Below, in pieces: positions 42,901 through 56,140 of a DNA stretch of 64,000 nt (within the stretch, counting starts at the first letter, position 1; each line of letters starts with the position of its first letter). The notes beneath the pieces are model-generated. The model had not been told where the DNA came from. It ran no database searches and was given only the letters and a program-made list of their open reading frames with translations. Made by a program: the position numbers and the translations under genes. Origin of the DNA: Auanema rhodensis (Eukaryota; Animalia; Nematoda); NCBI GenBank assembly GCA_964057225.1, contig CAXKVF010000077.1:806001-870000 (forward strand). Direction: 5' to 3'.

Positions 42901-43996
42901 AATTGTGAAAACCGCATCTCTTTATCTTTCACGTGAAGCGAGTTACATACAAAGTGCACATCACGTGTACATTTAATTAGCATAAATTAAAGTTCACGTA
43001 AATTTCAAAGTCATGGTTACCATGCACCAATATCAATAAAAATTTGTTTTTAGACTAATATGGACATGGGGAATCTAATTTTGAAAACCGCATCTCTTTA
43101 TCTTTCACGTGAAGCGAGTTACATACCAAGTGCACATCACGTGTACATTTAATTAGCATAAATTAAAGTTCACGTAAATTTCAAAGTCATGGTTACCATG
43201 AAGCAATATCAATAAAAATTTGTTTTTAGACTAATATGGACATGGGGAATCTAATTTTGAAAACCGCATCTCTTTATCTTTCACGTGAAGCGAGTTACAT
43301 ACCAAGTGCACATCACGTGTACATTTAATTAGCATAAATTAAAGTTCACGTAAATTTCAAAGTCATGGTTACCATGAACCAATATCAATAAAAATTTGTT
43401 TTTAGAATAATATGGACATGGGGAATCTAATTTTGAAAACCGCATCTCTTCATCTTTCACGTGAAGCGAGTTACATACCAAGTGCACATCACGTGTACAT
43501 TTAATTAGCATAAATTAAAGTTCACGTAAATTTCAAAGTCATGGTTACCATGAACCAATATCAATAAAAATTTGTTTTTAGACTAATATGGACATGGGGA
43601 ATCTAATTTTGAAAACCGCATCTCTTTATCTTTCACGTGAAGCGAGTTACATACCAAGTGCACATCACGTGTACATTTAATTAGCATAAATTAAAGTTCA
43701 CGTAAATTTCAAAGTCATGGTTACCATGAAGCAATATCAATAAAAATTTGTTTTTAGACTAATATGGACATGGGGAATCTAATTTTGAAAACCGCATCTC
43801 TTTATTTTTCACGTGAAGCGAGTTACATACCAAGTGCACATCACGTGTGCATTTAATTAGCATTAATTAAAGTTCACGTAAATTTCAAAGTCATGGTTAC
43901 CATGAACCAATATCAATAAAAATTTGTTTTTAGACTAATATGGACATGGGGAATCTAATTTTGAAAACCGCATCTCTTTATTTTTCACGTGAAGCG

Positions 43997-46900
43997 AGTT
44001 ACATACCAAGTGCACATCACGTGTACATTTAATTAGCATAAATTAAAGTTCACGTAAATTTCAAAGTCATGGTTACCATGAACTAATATCAATAAAAATT
44101 TGTTTTTAGACTAATATGGACATGGGGAATCTAATTTTGAAAACCGCATCTCTTTATCTTTCACGTGAAGCGAGTTACATACCAAGTGCACATCACGTGT
44201 ACATTTAATTAGCATAAATTAAAGTTCACGTAAATTTCAAAGTCATGGTTACCATGAAGCAATATCAATAAAAATTTGTTTTTAGACTAATATGGACATG
44301 GGGAATCTAATTTTGAAAACCGCATCTCTTTATCTTTCACGTGAAGCGAGTTACATACCAAGTGCACATCACGTGTACATTTAATTAGCATAAATTAAAG
44401 TTCACGTAAAATTCAAAGTCATGGTTACCATGAACCAATATCAATAAAAATTTGTTTTTAGACTAATATGGACATGGGGAATCTAATTTTGAAAACCGCA
44501 TCTCTTTATCTTTCACGTGAAGCGAGTTACATACCAAGTGCACATCACGTGTACATTTAATTAGCATAAATTAAAAATCACGTAAATTTCAAAGTCATGG
44601 TTACCATGAAGCAATATCAATAAAAATTTGTTTTTAGACTAATATGGACATGGGGAATCTAATTTTGAAAACCGCATCTCTTTATCTTTCACGTGAAGCG
44701 AGTTACATACCAAGTGCACATCACGTGTACATTTAATTAGCATAAATTAAAGTTCACGTAAATTTCAAAGTCATGGTTACCATGAACCAATATCAATAAA
44801 AATTTGTTTTTAGACTAATATGGACATGGGGAATCTAATTTTGAAAACCGCATCTCTTTATTTTTCACGTGAAGCGAGTTACATACCAAGTGCACATCAC
44901 GTGTACATTTAATTAGCATAAATTAAAGTTCACGTAAATTTCAAAGTCATGGTTACCATGAACCAATATCAATAAAAATTTGTTTTTAGACTAATATGGA
45001 CATGGGGAATCTAATTTTGAAAACCGCATCTCTTTATCTTTCACGTGAAGCGAGTTACATACCAAGTGCACATCACGTGTACATTTAATTAGCATAAATT
45101 AAAGTTCACGTAAATTTCAAAGTCATGGTTACCATGAACTAATATCAATAAAAATTCGTTTTTAGACTATTATGGACATGGGGAATCTAATTTTGAAAAC
45201 CGCATCTCTTTATCTTTCACGTGAAGCGAGTTACATACCAAGTGCACATCACGTGTACATTTAATTAGCATAAATTAAAGTTCACGTAAATTTCAAAGTC
45301 ATGGTTACCATGAACCAATATCAATAAAAATTTGTTTTTAGACTAATATGGACATGGGGAATCTAATTTTGAAAACCGCATCTCTTTATCTTTCACGTGA
45401 ATCGAGTTACATACCAAGTGCACATCACGTGTACATTTAATTAGCATAAATTAAAGTTCACGTAAATTTCAAAGTCATGGTTACCATGAAGCAATATCAA
45501 TAAAAATTTGTTTTTAGACTAATATGGACATGGGGAATCTAATTTTGAAAACCGCATCTCTTTATCTTTCACGTGAAGCGAGTTACATACCAAGTGCACA
45601 TCACGTGTACATTTAATTAGCATAAATTAAAGTTCACGTAAATTTCAAAGTCATGGTTACCATGAAGCAATATCAATAAAAATTTGTTTTTAGACTAATA
45701 TGGACATGGGGAATCTAATTTTGAAAACCGCATCTCTTTATCTTTCACGTGAAGCGAGTTACATACCAAGTGCACATCACGTGTACATTTAATTAGCATA
45801 AATTAAAGTTCACGTAAATTTCAAAGTCATGGTTACCATGAACCAATATCAATAAAAATTTGTTCTTAGACTAATATGGACATGGAAAATCTAATTTTGA
45901 AAACCGCATCTCTTTATCTTTCACGTGAAGCGAGTTACATACCAAGTGCACATCACGTGTACATTTAATTAGCATAAATTAAAGTTCACGTAAATTTCAA
46001 AGTCATGGTTACCATGAACCAATATCAATAAAAATTTGTTTTTAGACTAATATGGACATGGGGAATCTAATTTTGAAAACCGCATCTCTTTATCTTTCAC
46101 GTGAAGCGAGTTACATACCAAGTGCACATCACGTGTACATTTAATTAGCATAAATTAAAGTTCACGTAAATTTCAAAGTCATGGTTACCATGAAGCAATA
46201 TCAATAAAAATTTGTTTTTAGACTAATATGGACATGGGGAATCTAATTGTGAAAACCGCATCTCTTTATCTTTCACGTGAAGCGAGTTACATACCAAGTG
46301 CACATCACGTGTACATTTAATTAGCATAAATTAAAGTTCACGTAAATTTCAAAGTCATGGTTACCATGCACCAATATCAATAAAAATTTGTTTTTAGACT
46401 AATATGGACATGGGGAATCTAATTTTGAAAACCGCATCTCTTTATCTTTCACGTGAAGCGAGTTACATACCAAGTGCACATCACGTGTACATTTAATTAG
46501 CATAAATTAAAGTTCACGTAAATTTCAAAGTCATGGTTACCATGAAGCAATATCAATAAAAATTTGTTTTTAGACTAATATGGACATGGGGAATCTAATT
46601 TTGAAAACCGCATCTCTTTATCTTTCACGTGAAGCGAGTTACATACCAAGTGCACATCACGTGTACATTTAATTAGCATAAATTAAAGTTCACGTAAATT
46701 TCAAAGTCATGGTTACCATGAAGCAATATCAATAAAAATTTGGTTTTAGACTAATATGGACATGGGGAATCTAATTTTGAAAACCGCATCTCTTTATCTT
46801 TCACGTGAAGCGAGTTACATACCAAGTGCACATCACGTGTACATTTAATTAGCATAAATTAAAGTTCACGTAAATTTCAAAGTCATGGTTACCATGAACC

Positions 46901-49900
46901 AATATCAATAAAAATTTGTTTTTAGACTAATATGGACATGGGGAATCTAATTTTGAAAACCGCATCTCTTTATTTTTCACGTGAAGCGAGTTACATACCA
47001 AGTGCACATCACGTGTACATTTAATTAGCATAAATTAAAGTTCACGTAAATTTCAAAGTCATGGTTACCATGAACCAATATCAACAAAAATTTGTTTTTA
47101 GACTAATATGGACATGGGGAATCTAATTTTGAAAACCGCATCTCTTTATCTTTCACGTGAAGCGAGTTACATACCAAGTGCACATCACGTGTACATTTAA
47201 TTAGCATAAATTAAAGTTCACGTAAATTTCAAAGTCATGGTTACCATGAACTAATATCAATAAAAATTTGTTTTTAGACTAATATGGACATGGGGAATCT
47301 AATTTTGAAAACCGCATCTCTTTATCTTTCACGTGAAGCGAGTTACATACCAAGTGCACATCACGTGTACATTTAATTAGCATAAATTAAAGTTCACGTA
47401 AATTTCAAAGTCATGGTTACCATGAAGCAATATCAATAAAAATTTGTTTTTAGACTAATATGGACATGGGGAATCTAATTTTGAAAACCGCATCTCTTTA
47501 TCTTTCACGTGAAGCGAGTTACATACCAAGTGCACATCACGTGTACATTTAATTAGCATAAATTAAAGTTCACGTAAAATTCAAAGTCATGGTTACCATG
47601 AACCAATATCAATAAAAATTTGTTTTTAGACTAATATGGACATGGGGAATCTAATTTTGAAAACCGCATCTCTTTATCTTTCACGTGAAGCGAGTTACAT
47701 ACCAAGTGCACATCACGTGTACATTTAATTAGCATAAATTAAAAATCACGTAAATTTCAAAGTCATGGTTACCATGAAGCAATATCAATAAAAATTTGTT
47801 TTTAGACTAATATGGACATGGGGAATCTAATTTTGAAAACCGCATCTCTTTATCTTTCACGTGAAGCGAGTTACATACCAAGTGCACATCACGTGTACAT
47901 TTAATTAGCATAAATTAAAGTTCACGTAAATTTCAAAGTCATGGTTACCATGAACCAATATCAATAAAAATTTGTTTTTAGACTAATATGGACATGGGGA
48001 ATCTAATTTTGAAAACCGCATCTCTTTATTTTTCACGTGAAGCGAGTTACATACCAAGTGCACATCACGTGTACATTTACTTAGCATAAATTAAAGTTCA
48101 CGTAAATTTCAAAGTCATGGTTACCATGAACCAATATCAATAAAAATTTGTTTTTAGACTAATATGGACATGGGGAATCTAATTTTGAAAACCGCATCTC
48201 TTTATCTTTCACGTGAAGCGAGTTACATACCAAGTGCACATCACGTGTACATTTAATTAGCATAAATTAAAGTTCACGTAAATTTCAAAGTCATGGTTAC
48301 CATGAACTAATATCAATAAAAATTCGTTTTTAGACTATTATGGACATGGGGAATCTAATTTTGAAAACCGCATCTCTTTATCTTTCACGTGAAGCGAGTT
48401 ACATACCAAGTGCACATCACGTGTACATTTAATTAGCATAAATTAAAGTTCACGTAAATTTCAAAGTCATGGTTACCATGAACCAATATCAATAAAAATT
48501 TGTTTTTAGACTAATATGGACATGGGGAATCTAATTTTGAAAACCGCATCTCTTTATCTTTCACGTGAATCGAGTTACATACCAAGTGCACATCACGTGT
48601 ACATTTAATTAGCATAAATTAAAGTTCACGTAAATTTCAAAGTCATGGTTACCATGAAGCAATATCAATAAAAATTTGTTTTTAGACTAATATGGACATG
48701 GGGAATCTAATTTTGAAAACCGCATCTCTTTATCTTTCACGTGAAGCGAGTTACATACCAAGTGCACATCACGTGTACATTTAATTAGCATAAATTAAAG
48801 TTCACGTAAATTTCAAAGTCATGGTTACCATGAAGCAATATCAATAAAAATTTGTTTTTAGACTAATATGGACATGGGGAATCTAATTTTGAAAACCGCA
48901 TCTCTTTATCTTTCACGTGAAGCGAGTTACATACCAAGTGCACATCACGTGTACATTTAATTAGCATAAATTAAAGTTCACGTAAATTTCAAAGTCATGG
49001 TTACCATGAACCAATATCAATAAAAATTTGTTCTTAGACTAATATGGACATGGGGAATCTAATTTTGAAAACCGCATCTCTTTATCTTTCACGTGAAGCG
49101 AGTTACATACCAAGTGCACATCACGTGTACATTTAATTAGCATAAATTAAAGTTCACGTAAATTTCAAAGTCATGGTTACCATGAACCAATATCAATAAA
49201 AATTTGTTTTTAGACTAATATGGACATGGGGAATCTAATTTTGAAAACCGCATCTCTTTATCTTTCACGTGAAGCGAGTTACATACCAAGTGCACATCAC
49301 GTGTACATTTAATTAGCATAAATTAAAGTTCACGTAAATTTCAAAGTCATGGTTACCATGGAGCAATATCAATAAAAATTTGTTTTTAGACTAATATGGA
49401 CATGGGGAATCTAATTGTGAAAACCGCATCTCTTTATCTTTCACGTGAAGCGAGTTACATACCAAGTGCACATCACGTGTACATTTAATTAGCATAAATT
49501 AAAGTTCACGTAAATTTCAAAGTCATGGTTACCATGCACCAATATCAATAAAAATTTGTTTTTAGACTAATATGGACATGGGGAATCTAATTTTGAAAAC
49601 CGCATCTCTTTATCTTTCACGTGAAGCGAGTTACATACCAAGTGCACATCACGTGTACATTTAATTAGCATAAATTAAAGTTCACGTAAATTTCAAAGTC
49701 ATGGTTACCATGAAGCAATATCAATAAAAATTTGTTTTTAGACTAATATGGACATGGGGAATCTAATTTTGAAAACCGCATCTCTTTATCTTTCACGTGA
49801 AGCGAGTTACATACCAAGTGCACATCACGTGTACATTTAATTAGCATAAATTAAAGTTCACGTAAATTTCAAAGTCATGGTTACCATGAAGCAATATCAA

Positions 49901-50332
49901 TAAAAATTTGGTTTTAGACTAATATGGACATGGGGAATCTAATTTTGAAAACCGCATCTCTTTATCTTTCACGTGAAGCGAGTTACATACCAAGTGCACA
50001 TCACGTGTACATTTAATTAGCATAAATTAAAGTTCACGTAAATTTCAAAGTCATGGTTACCATGAACCAATATCAATAAAAATTTGTTTTTAGACTAATA
50101 TGGACATGGGGAATCTAATTTTGAAAACCGCATCTCTTTATTTTTCACGTGAAGCGAGTTAAATACCAAGTGCACATCACGTGTACATTTAATTAGCATA
50201 AATTAAAGTTCACGTAAATTTCAAAGTCATGGTTACCATGAACCAATATCAATAAAAATTTGTTTTTAGACTAATATGGACATGGGGAATCTAATTTTGA
50301 AAACCGCATCTCTTTATCTTTCACGTGAAGCG
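43997..50332. repeat. 18-monomer (3168 bp) tandem duplication: 43997-47164 and 47165-50332
   Basis: Shared m88T, m63A, m52A+m53A, m162T, m105C+m118T, m174T, m109C, m141G and m107G in order; about six private base differences. Confidence 0.9.
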
Positions 50333-53300
50333 AGTTACATACCAAGTGCACATCACGTGTACATTTAATTAGCATAAATTAAAGTTCACGTAAATTTCAA
50401 AGTCATGGTTACCATGAAGCAATATCAATAAAAATTTGGTTTTAGACTAATATGGACATGGGGAATCTAATTTTGAAAACCGCATCTCTTTATCTTTCAC
50501 GTGAAGCGAGTTACATACCAAGTGCACATCACGTGTACATTTAATTAGCATAAATTAAAGTTCACGTAAATTTCAAAGTCATGGTTACCATGAAGCAATA
50601 TCAATAAAAATTTGTTTTTAGACTAATATGGACATGGGGAATCTAATTTTGAAAACCGCATCTCTTTATCTTTCACGTGAAGCGAGTTACATACCAAGTG
50701 CACATCACGTGTACATTTAATTAGCATAAATTAAAGTTCACGTAAATTTCAAAGTCATGGTTACCATGAACCAATATCAATAAAAATTCGTTTTTAGACT
50801 AATATGGACATGGGGAATCTAATTTTGAAAACCGCATCTCTTTATTTTTCACGTGAAGCGAGTTACATACCAAGTGCACATCACGTGTACATTTAATTAG
50901 CATAAATTAAAGTTCACGTAAATTTCAAAGTCATGGTTACCATGAACCAATATCAATAAAAATTTGTTTTTAGACTAATATGGACATGGGGAATCTAATT
51001 TTGAAAACCGCATCTCTTTATCTTTCACGTGAAGCGAGTTACATACCAAGTGCACATCACGTGTACATTTAATTAGCATAAATTAAAGTTCACGTAAATT
51101 TCAAAGTCATGGTTACCATGAACTAATATCAATAAAAATTCGTTTTTAGACTAATATGGACATGGGGAATCTAATTTTGAAAACCGCATCTCTTTATCTT
51201 TCACGTGAAGCGAGTTACATACCAAGTGCACATCACGTGTACATTTAATTAGCATAAATTAAAGTTCACGTAAATTTCAAAGTCATGGTTACCATGAAGC
51301 AATATCAATAAAAATTTGTTTTTAGACTAATATGGACATGGGGAATCTAATTTTGAAAACCGCATCTCTTTATCTTTCACGTGAAGCGAGTTACATACCA
51401 AGTGCACATCACGTGTACATTTAATTAGCATAAATTAAAGTTCACGTAAATTTCAAAGTCATGGTTACCATGAACCAATATCAATAAAAATTTGTTTTTA
51501 GACTAATATGGACATGGGGAATCTAATTTTGAAAACCGCATCTCTTTATCTTTCACGTGAAGCGAGTTACATACCAAGTGCACATCACGTGTACATTTAA
51601 TTAGCATAAATTAAAGTTCACGTAAATTTCAAAGTCATGGTTACCATGAACCAATATCAATAAAAATTCGTTTTTAGACTAATATGGACATGGGGAATCT
51701 AATTTTGAAAACCGCATCTCTTTATTTTTCACGTGAAGCGAGTTACATACCAAGTGCACATCACGTGTACATTTAATTAGCATAAATTAAAGTTCACGTA
51801 AATTTCAAAGTCATGGTTACCATGAACCAATATCAATAAAAATTTGTTTTTAGACTAATATGGACATGGGGAATCTAATTTTGAAAACCGCATCTCTTTA
51901 TCTTTCACGTGAAGCGAGTTACATACCAAGTGCACATCACGTGTACATTTAATTAGCATAAATTAAAGTTCACGTAAATTTCAAAGTCATGGTTACCATG
52001 AACTAATATCAATAAAAATTCGTTTTTAGACTAATATGGACATGGGGAATCTAATTTTGAAAACCGCATCTCTTTATCTTTCACGTGAAGCGAGTTACAT
52101 ACCAAGTGCACATCACGTGTACATTTAATTAGCATAAATTAAAGTTCACGTAAATTTCAAAGTCATGGTTACCATGAAGCAATATCAATAAAAATTTGTT
52201 TTTAGACTAATATGGACATGGGGAATCTAATTTTGAAAACCGCATCTCTTTATCTTTCACGTGAAGCGAGTTACATACCAAGTGCACATCACGTGTACAT
52301 TTAATTAGCATAAATTAAAGTTCACGTAAATTTCAAAGTCATGGTTACCATGAACCAATATCAATAAAAATTTGTTTTTAGACTAATATGGACATGGGGA
52401 ATCTAATTTTGAAAACCGCATCTCTTTATCTTTCACGTGAAGCGAGTTACATACCAAGTGCACATCACGTGTACATTTAATTAGCATAAATTAAAGTTCA
52501 CGTAAATTTCAAAGTCATGGTTACCATGAAGCAATATCAATAAAAATTTGTTTTTAGACTAATATGGACATGGGGAATCTAATTTTGAAAACCGCATCTC
52601 TTTATCTTTCACGTGAAGCGAGTTACATACCAAGTGCACATCACGTGTACATTTAATTAGCATAAATTAAAGTTCACGTAAATTTCAAAGTCATGGTTAC
52701 CATGAACCAATATCAATAAAAATTTGTTTTTAGACTAATATGGACATGGGGAATCTAATTTTGAAAACCGCATCTCTTTATTTTTCACGTGAAGCGAGTT
52801 ACATACCAAGTGCACATCACGTGTACATTTAATTAGCATAAATTAAAGTTCACGTAAATTTCAAAGTCATGGTTACCATGAACCAATATCAATAAAAATT
52901 TGTTTTTAGACTAATATGGACATGGGGAATCTAATTTTGAAAACCGCATCTCTTTATCTTTCACGTGAAGCGAGTTACATACCAAGTGCACATCACGTGT
53001 ACATTTAATTAGCATAAATTAAAGTTCACGTAAATTTCAAAGTCATGGTTACCATGAAGCAATATCAATAAAAATTTGTTTTTAGACTAATATGGACATG
53101 GGGAATCTAATTTTGAAAACCGCATCTCTTTATCTTTCACGTGAAGCGAGTTACATACCAAGTGCACATCACGTGTACATTTAATTAGCATAAATTAAAG
53201 TTCACGTAAATTTCAAAGTCATGGTTACCATGAAGCAATATCAATAAAAATTTGTTTTTAGACTAATATGGACATGGGGAATCTAATTTTGAAAACCGCA

Positions 53301-56140
53301 TCTCTTTATCTTTCACGTGAAGCGAGTTACATACCAAGTGCACATCACGTGTACATTTAATTAGCATAAATTAAAGTTCACGTAAATTTCAAAGTCATGG
53401 TTACCATGAACCAATATCAATAAAAATTTGTTTTTAGACTAATATGGACATGGGGAATCTAATTTTGAAAACCGCATCTCTTTATTTTTCACGTGAAGCG
53501 AGTTACATACCAAGTGCACATCACGTGTACATTTAATTAGCATAAATTAAAGTTCACGTAAATTTCAAAGTCATGGTTACCATGAACCAATATCAATAAA
53601 AATTTGTTTTTAGACTAATATGGACATGGGGAATCTAATTTTGAAAACCGCATCTCTTTATCTTTCACGTGAAGCGAGTTACATACCAAGTGCACATCAC
53701 GTGTACATTTAATTAGCATAAATTAAAGTTCACGTAAAATTCAAAGTCATGGTTACCATGCACCAATATCAAAAAAAATTTGTTTTTAGACTAATATGGA
53801 CATGGGGAATCTAATTTTGAAAACCGCATCTCTTTATCTTTCACGTGAAGCGAGTTACATACCAAGTGCACATCACGTGTACATTTAATTAGCATAAATT
53901 AAAGTTCACGTAAATTTCAAAGTCATGGTTACCATGCGCCAATATCAATAAAAATTTGTTTTTAGACTAATATGGACATGGGGAATCTAATTTTGAAAAC
54001 CGCATCTCTTTATCTTTCACGTGAAGCGAGTTACATACCAAGTGCACATCACGTGTACATTTAATTAGCATAAATTAAAGTTCACGTAAATTTCAAAGTC
54101 ATGGTTACCATGAACCAATATCAATAAAAATTTGTTTTTAGACTAATATGGACATGGGGAATCTAATTTTGAAAACCGCATCTCTTTATCTTTCACGTGA
54201 AGCGAGTTACATACCAAGTGCACATCACGTGTACATTTAATTAGCATAAATTAAAGTTCACGTAAATTTCAAAGTCATGGTTACCATGAAGCAATATCAA
54301 TAAAAATTTGTTTTTAGACTAATATGGACATGGGGAATCTAATTTTGAAAACCGCATCTCTTTATCTTTCACGTGAAGCGAGTTACATACCAAGTGCACA
54401 TCACGTGTACATTTAATTAGCATAAATTAAAGTTCACGTAAATTTCAAAGTCATGGTTACCATGAACCAATATCAATAAAAATTTGTTTTTAGACTAATA
54501 TGGACATGGGGAATCTAATTTTGAAAACCGCATCTCTTTATTTTTCACGTGAAGCGAGTTACATACCAAGTGCACATCACGTGTACATTTAATTAGCATA
54601 AATTAAAGTTCACGTAAATTTCAAAGTCATGGTTACCATGAACCAATATCAATAAAAATTTGTTTTTAGACTAATATGGACATGGGGAATCTAATTTTGA
54701 AAACCGCATCTCTTTATCTTTCACGTGAAGCGAGTTACATACCAAGTGCACATCACGTGTACATTTAATTAGCATAAATTAAAGTTCACGTAAATTTCAA
54801 AGTCATGGTTACCATGAACCAATATCAATAAAAATTTGTTTTTAGACTAATATGGACATGGGGAATCTAATTTTGAAAACCGCATCTCTTTATTTTTCAC
54901 GTGAAGCGAGTTAAATACCAAGTGCACATCACGTGTACATTTAATTAGCATAAATTAAAGTTCACGTAAATTTCAAAGTCATGGTTACCATGAACCAATA
55001 TCAATAAAAATTTGTTTTTAGACTAATATGGACATGGGGAATCTAATTTTGAAAACCGCATCTCTTTATCTTTCACGTGAAGCGAGTTACATACCAAGTG
55101 CACATCACGTGTACATTTAATTAGCATAAATTAAAGTTCACGTAAATTTCAAAGTCATGGTTACCATGAAGCAATATCAATAAAAATTTGGTTTTAGACT
55201 AATATGGACATGGGGAATCTAATTTTGAAAACCGCATCTCTTTATCTTTCACGTGAAGCGAGTTACATACCAAGTGCACATCACGTGTACATTTAATTAG
55301 CATAAATTAAAGTTCACGTAAATTTCAAAGTCATGGTTACCATGAAGCAATATCAATAAAAATTTGTTTTTAGACTAATATGGACATGGGGAATCTAATT
55401 TTGAAAACCGCATCTCTTTATCTTTCACGTGAAGCGAGTTACATACCAAGTGCACATCACGTGTACATTTAATTAGCATAAATTAAAGTTCACGTAAATT
55501 TCAAAGTCATGGTTACCATGAACCAATATCAATAAAAATTCGTTTTTAGACTAATATGGACATGGGGAATCTAATTTTGAAAACCGCATCTCTTTATTTT
55601 TCACGTGAAGCGAGTTACATACCAAGTGCACATCACGTGTACATTTAATTAGCATAAATTAAAGTTCACGTAAATTTCAAAGTCATGGTTACCATGAACC
55701 AATATCAATAAAAATTTGTTTTTAGACTAATATGGACATGGGGAATCTAATTTTGAAAACCGCATCTCTTTATCTTTCACGTGAAGCGAGTTACATACCA
55801 AGTGCACATCACGTGTACATTTAATTAGCATAAATTAAAGTTCACGTAAATTTCAAAGTCATGGTTACCATGAACTAATATCAATAAAAATTCGTTTTTA
55901 GACTAATATGGACATGGGGAATCTAATTTTGAAAACCGCATCTCTTTATCTTTCACGTGAAGCGAGTTACATACCAAGTGCACATCACGTGTACATTTAA
56001 TTAGCATAAATTAAAGTTCACGTAAATTTCAAAGTCATGGTTACCATGAAGCAATATCAATAAAAATTTGTTTTTAGACTAATATGGACATGGGGAATCT
56101 AATTTTGAAAACCGCATCTCTTTATCTTTCACGTGAAGCG
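49981..56140. repeat. 8-monomer block 49981-51388 repeated at 54733-56140 (offset 27 monomers)
   Basis: Shared m162T, m6A, m107G, m105C+m162T and m88T+m105C. Confidence 0.8.
50685..52444. repeat. 5-monomer (880 bp) apparently perfect tandem duplication
   Basis: The pattern m105C+m162T, consensus, m88T+m105C, m87G, consensus starts at both 50685 and 51565. Confidence 0.85.

Noticed and set aside
43329-43511. Second 60-aa minus-strand ORF
   Set aside because: An independent chance loss of the same stop (C>A at 43407, m115). One stop in about 60 codons in one of six frames is unremarkable, and 176 is not a multiple of 3, so no polyprotein runs across units.
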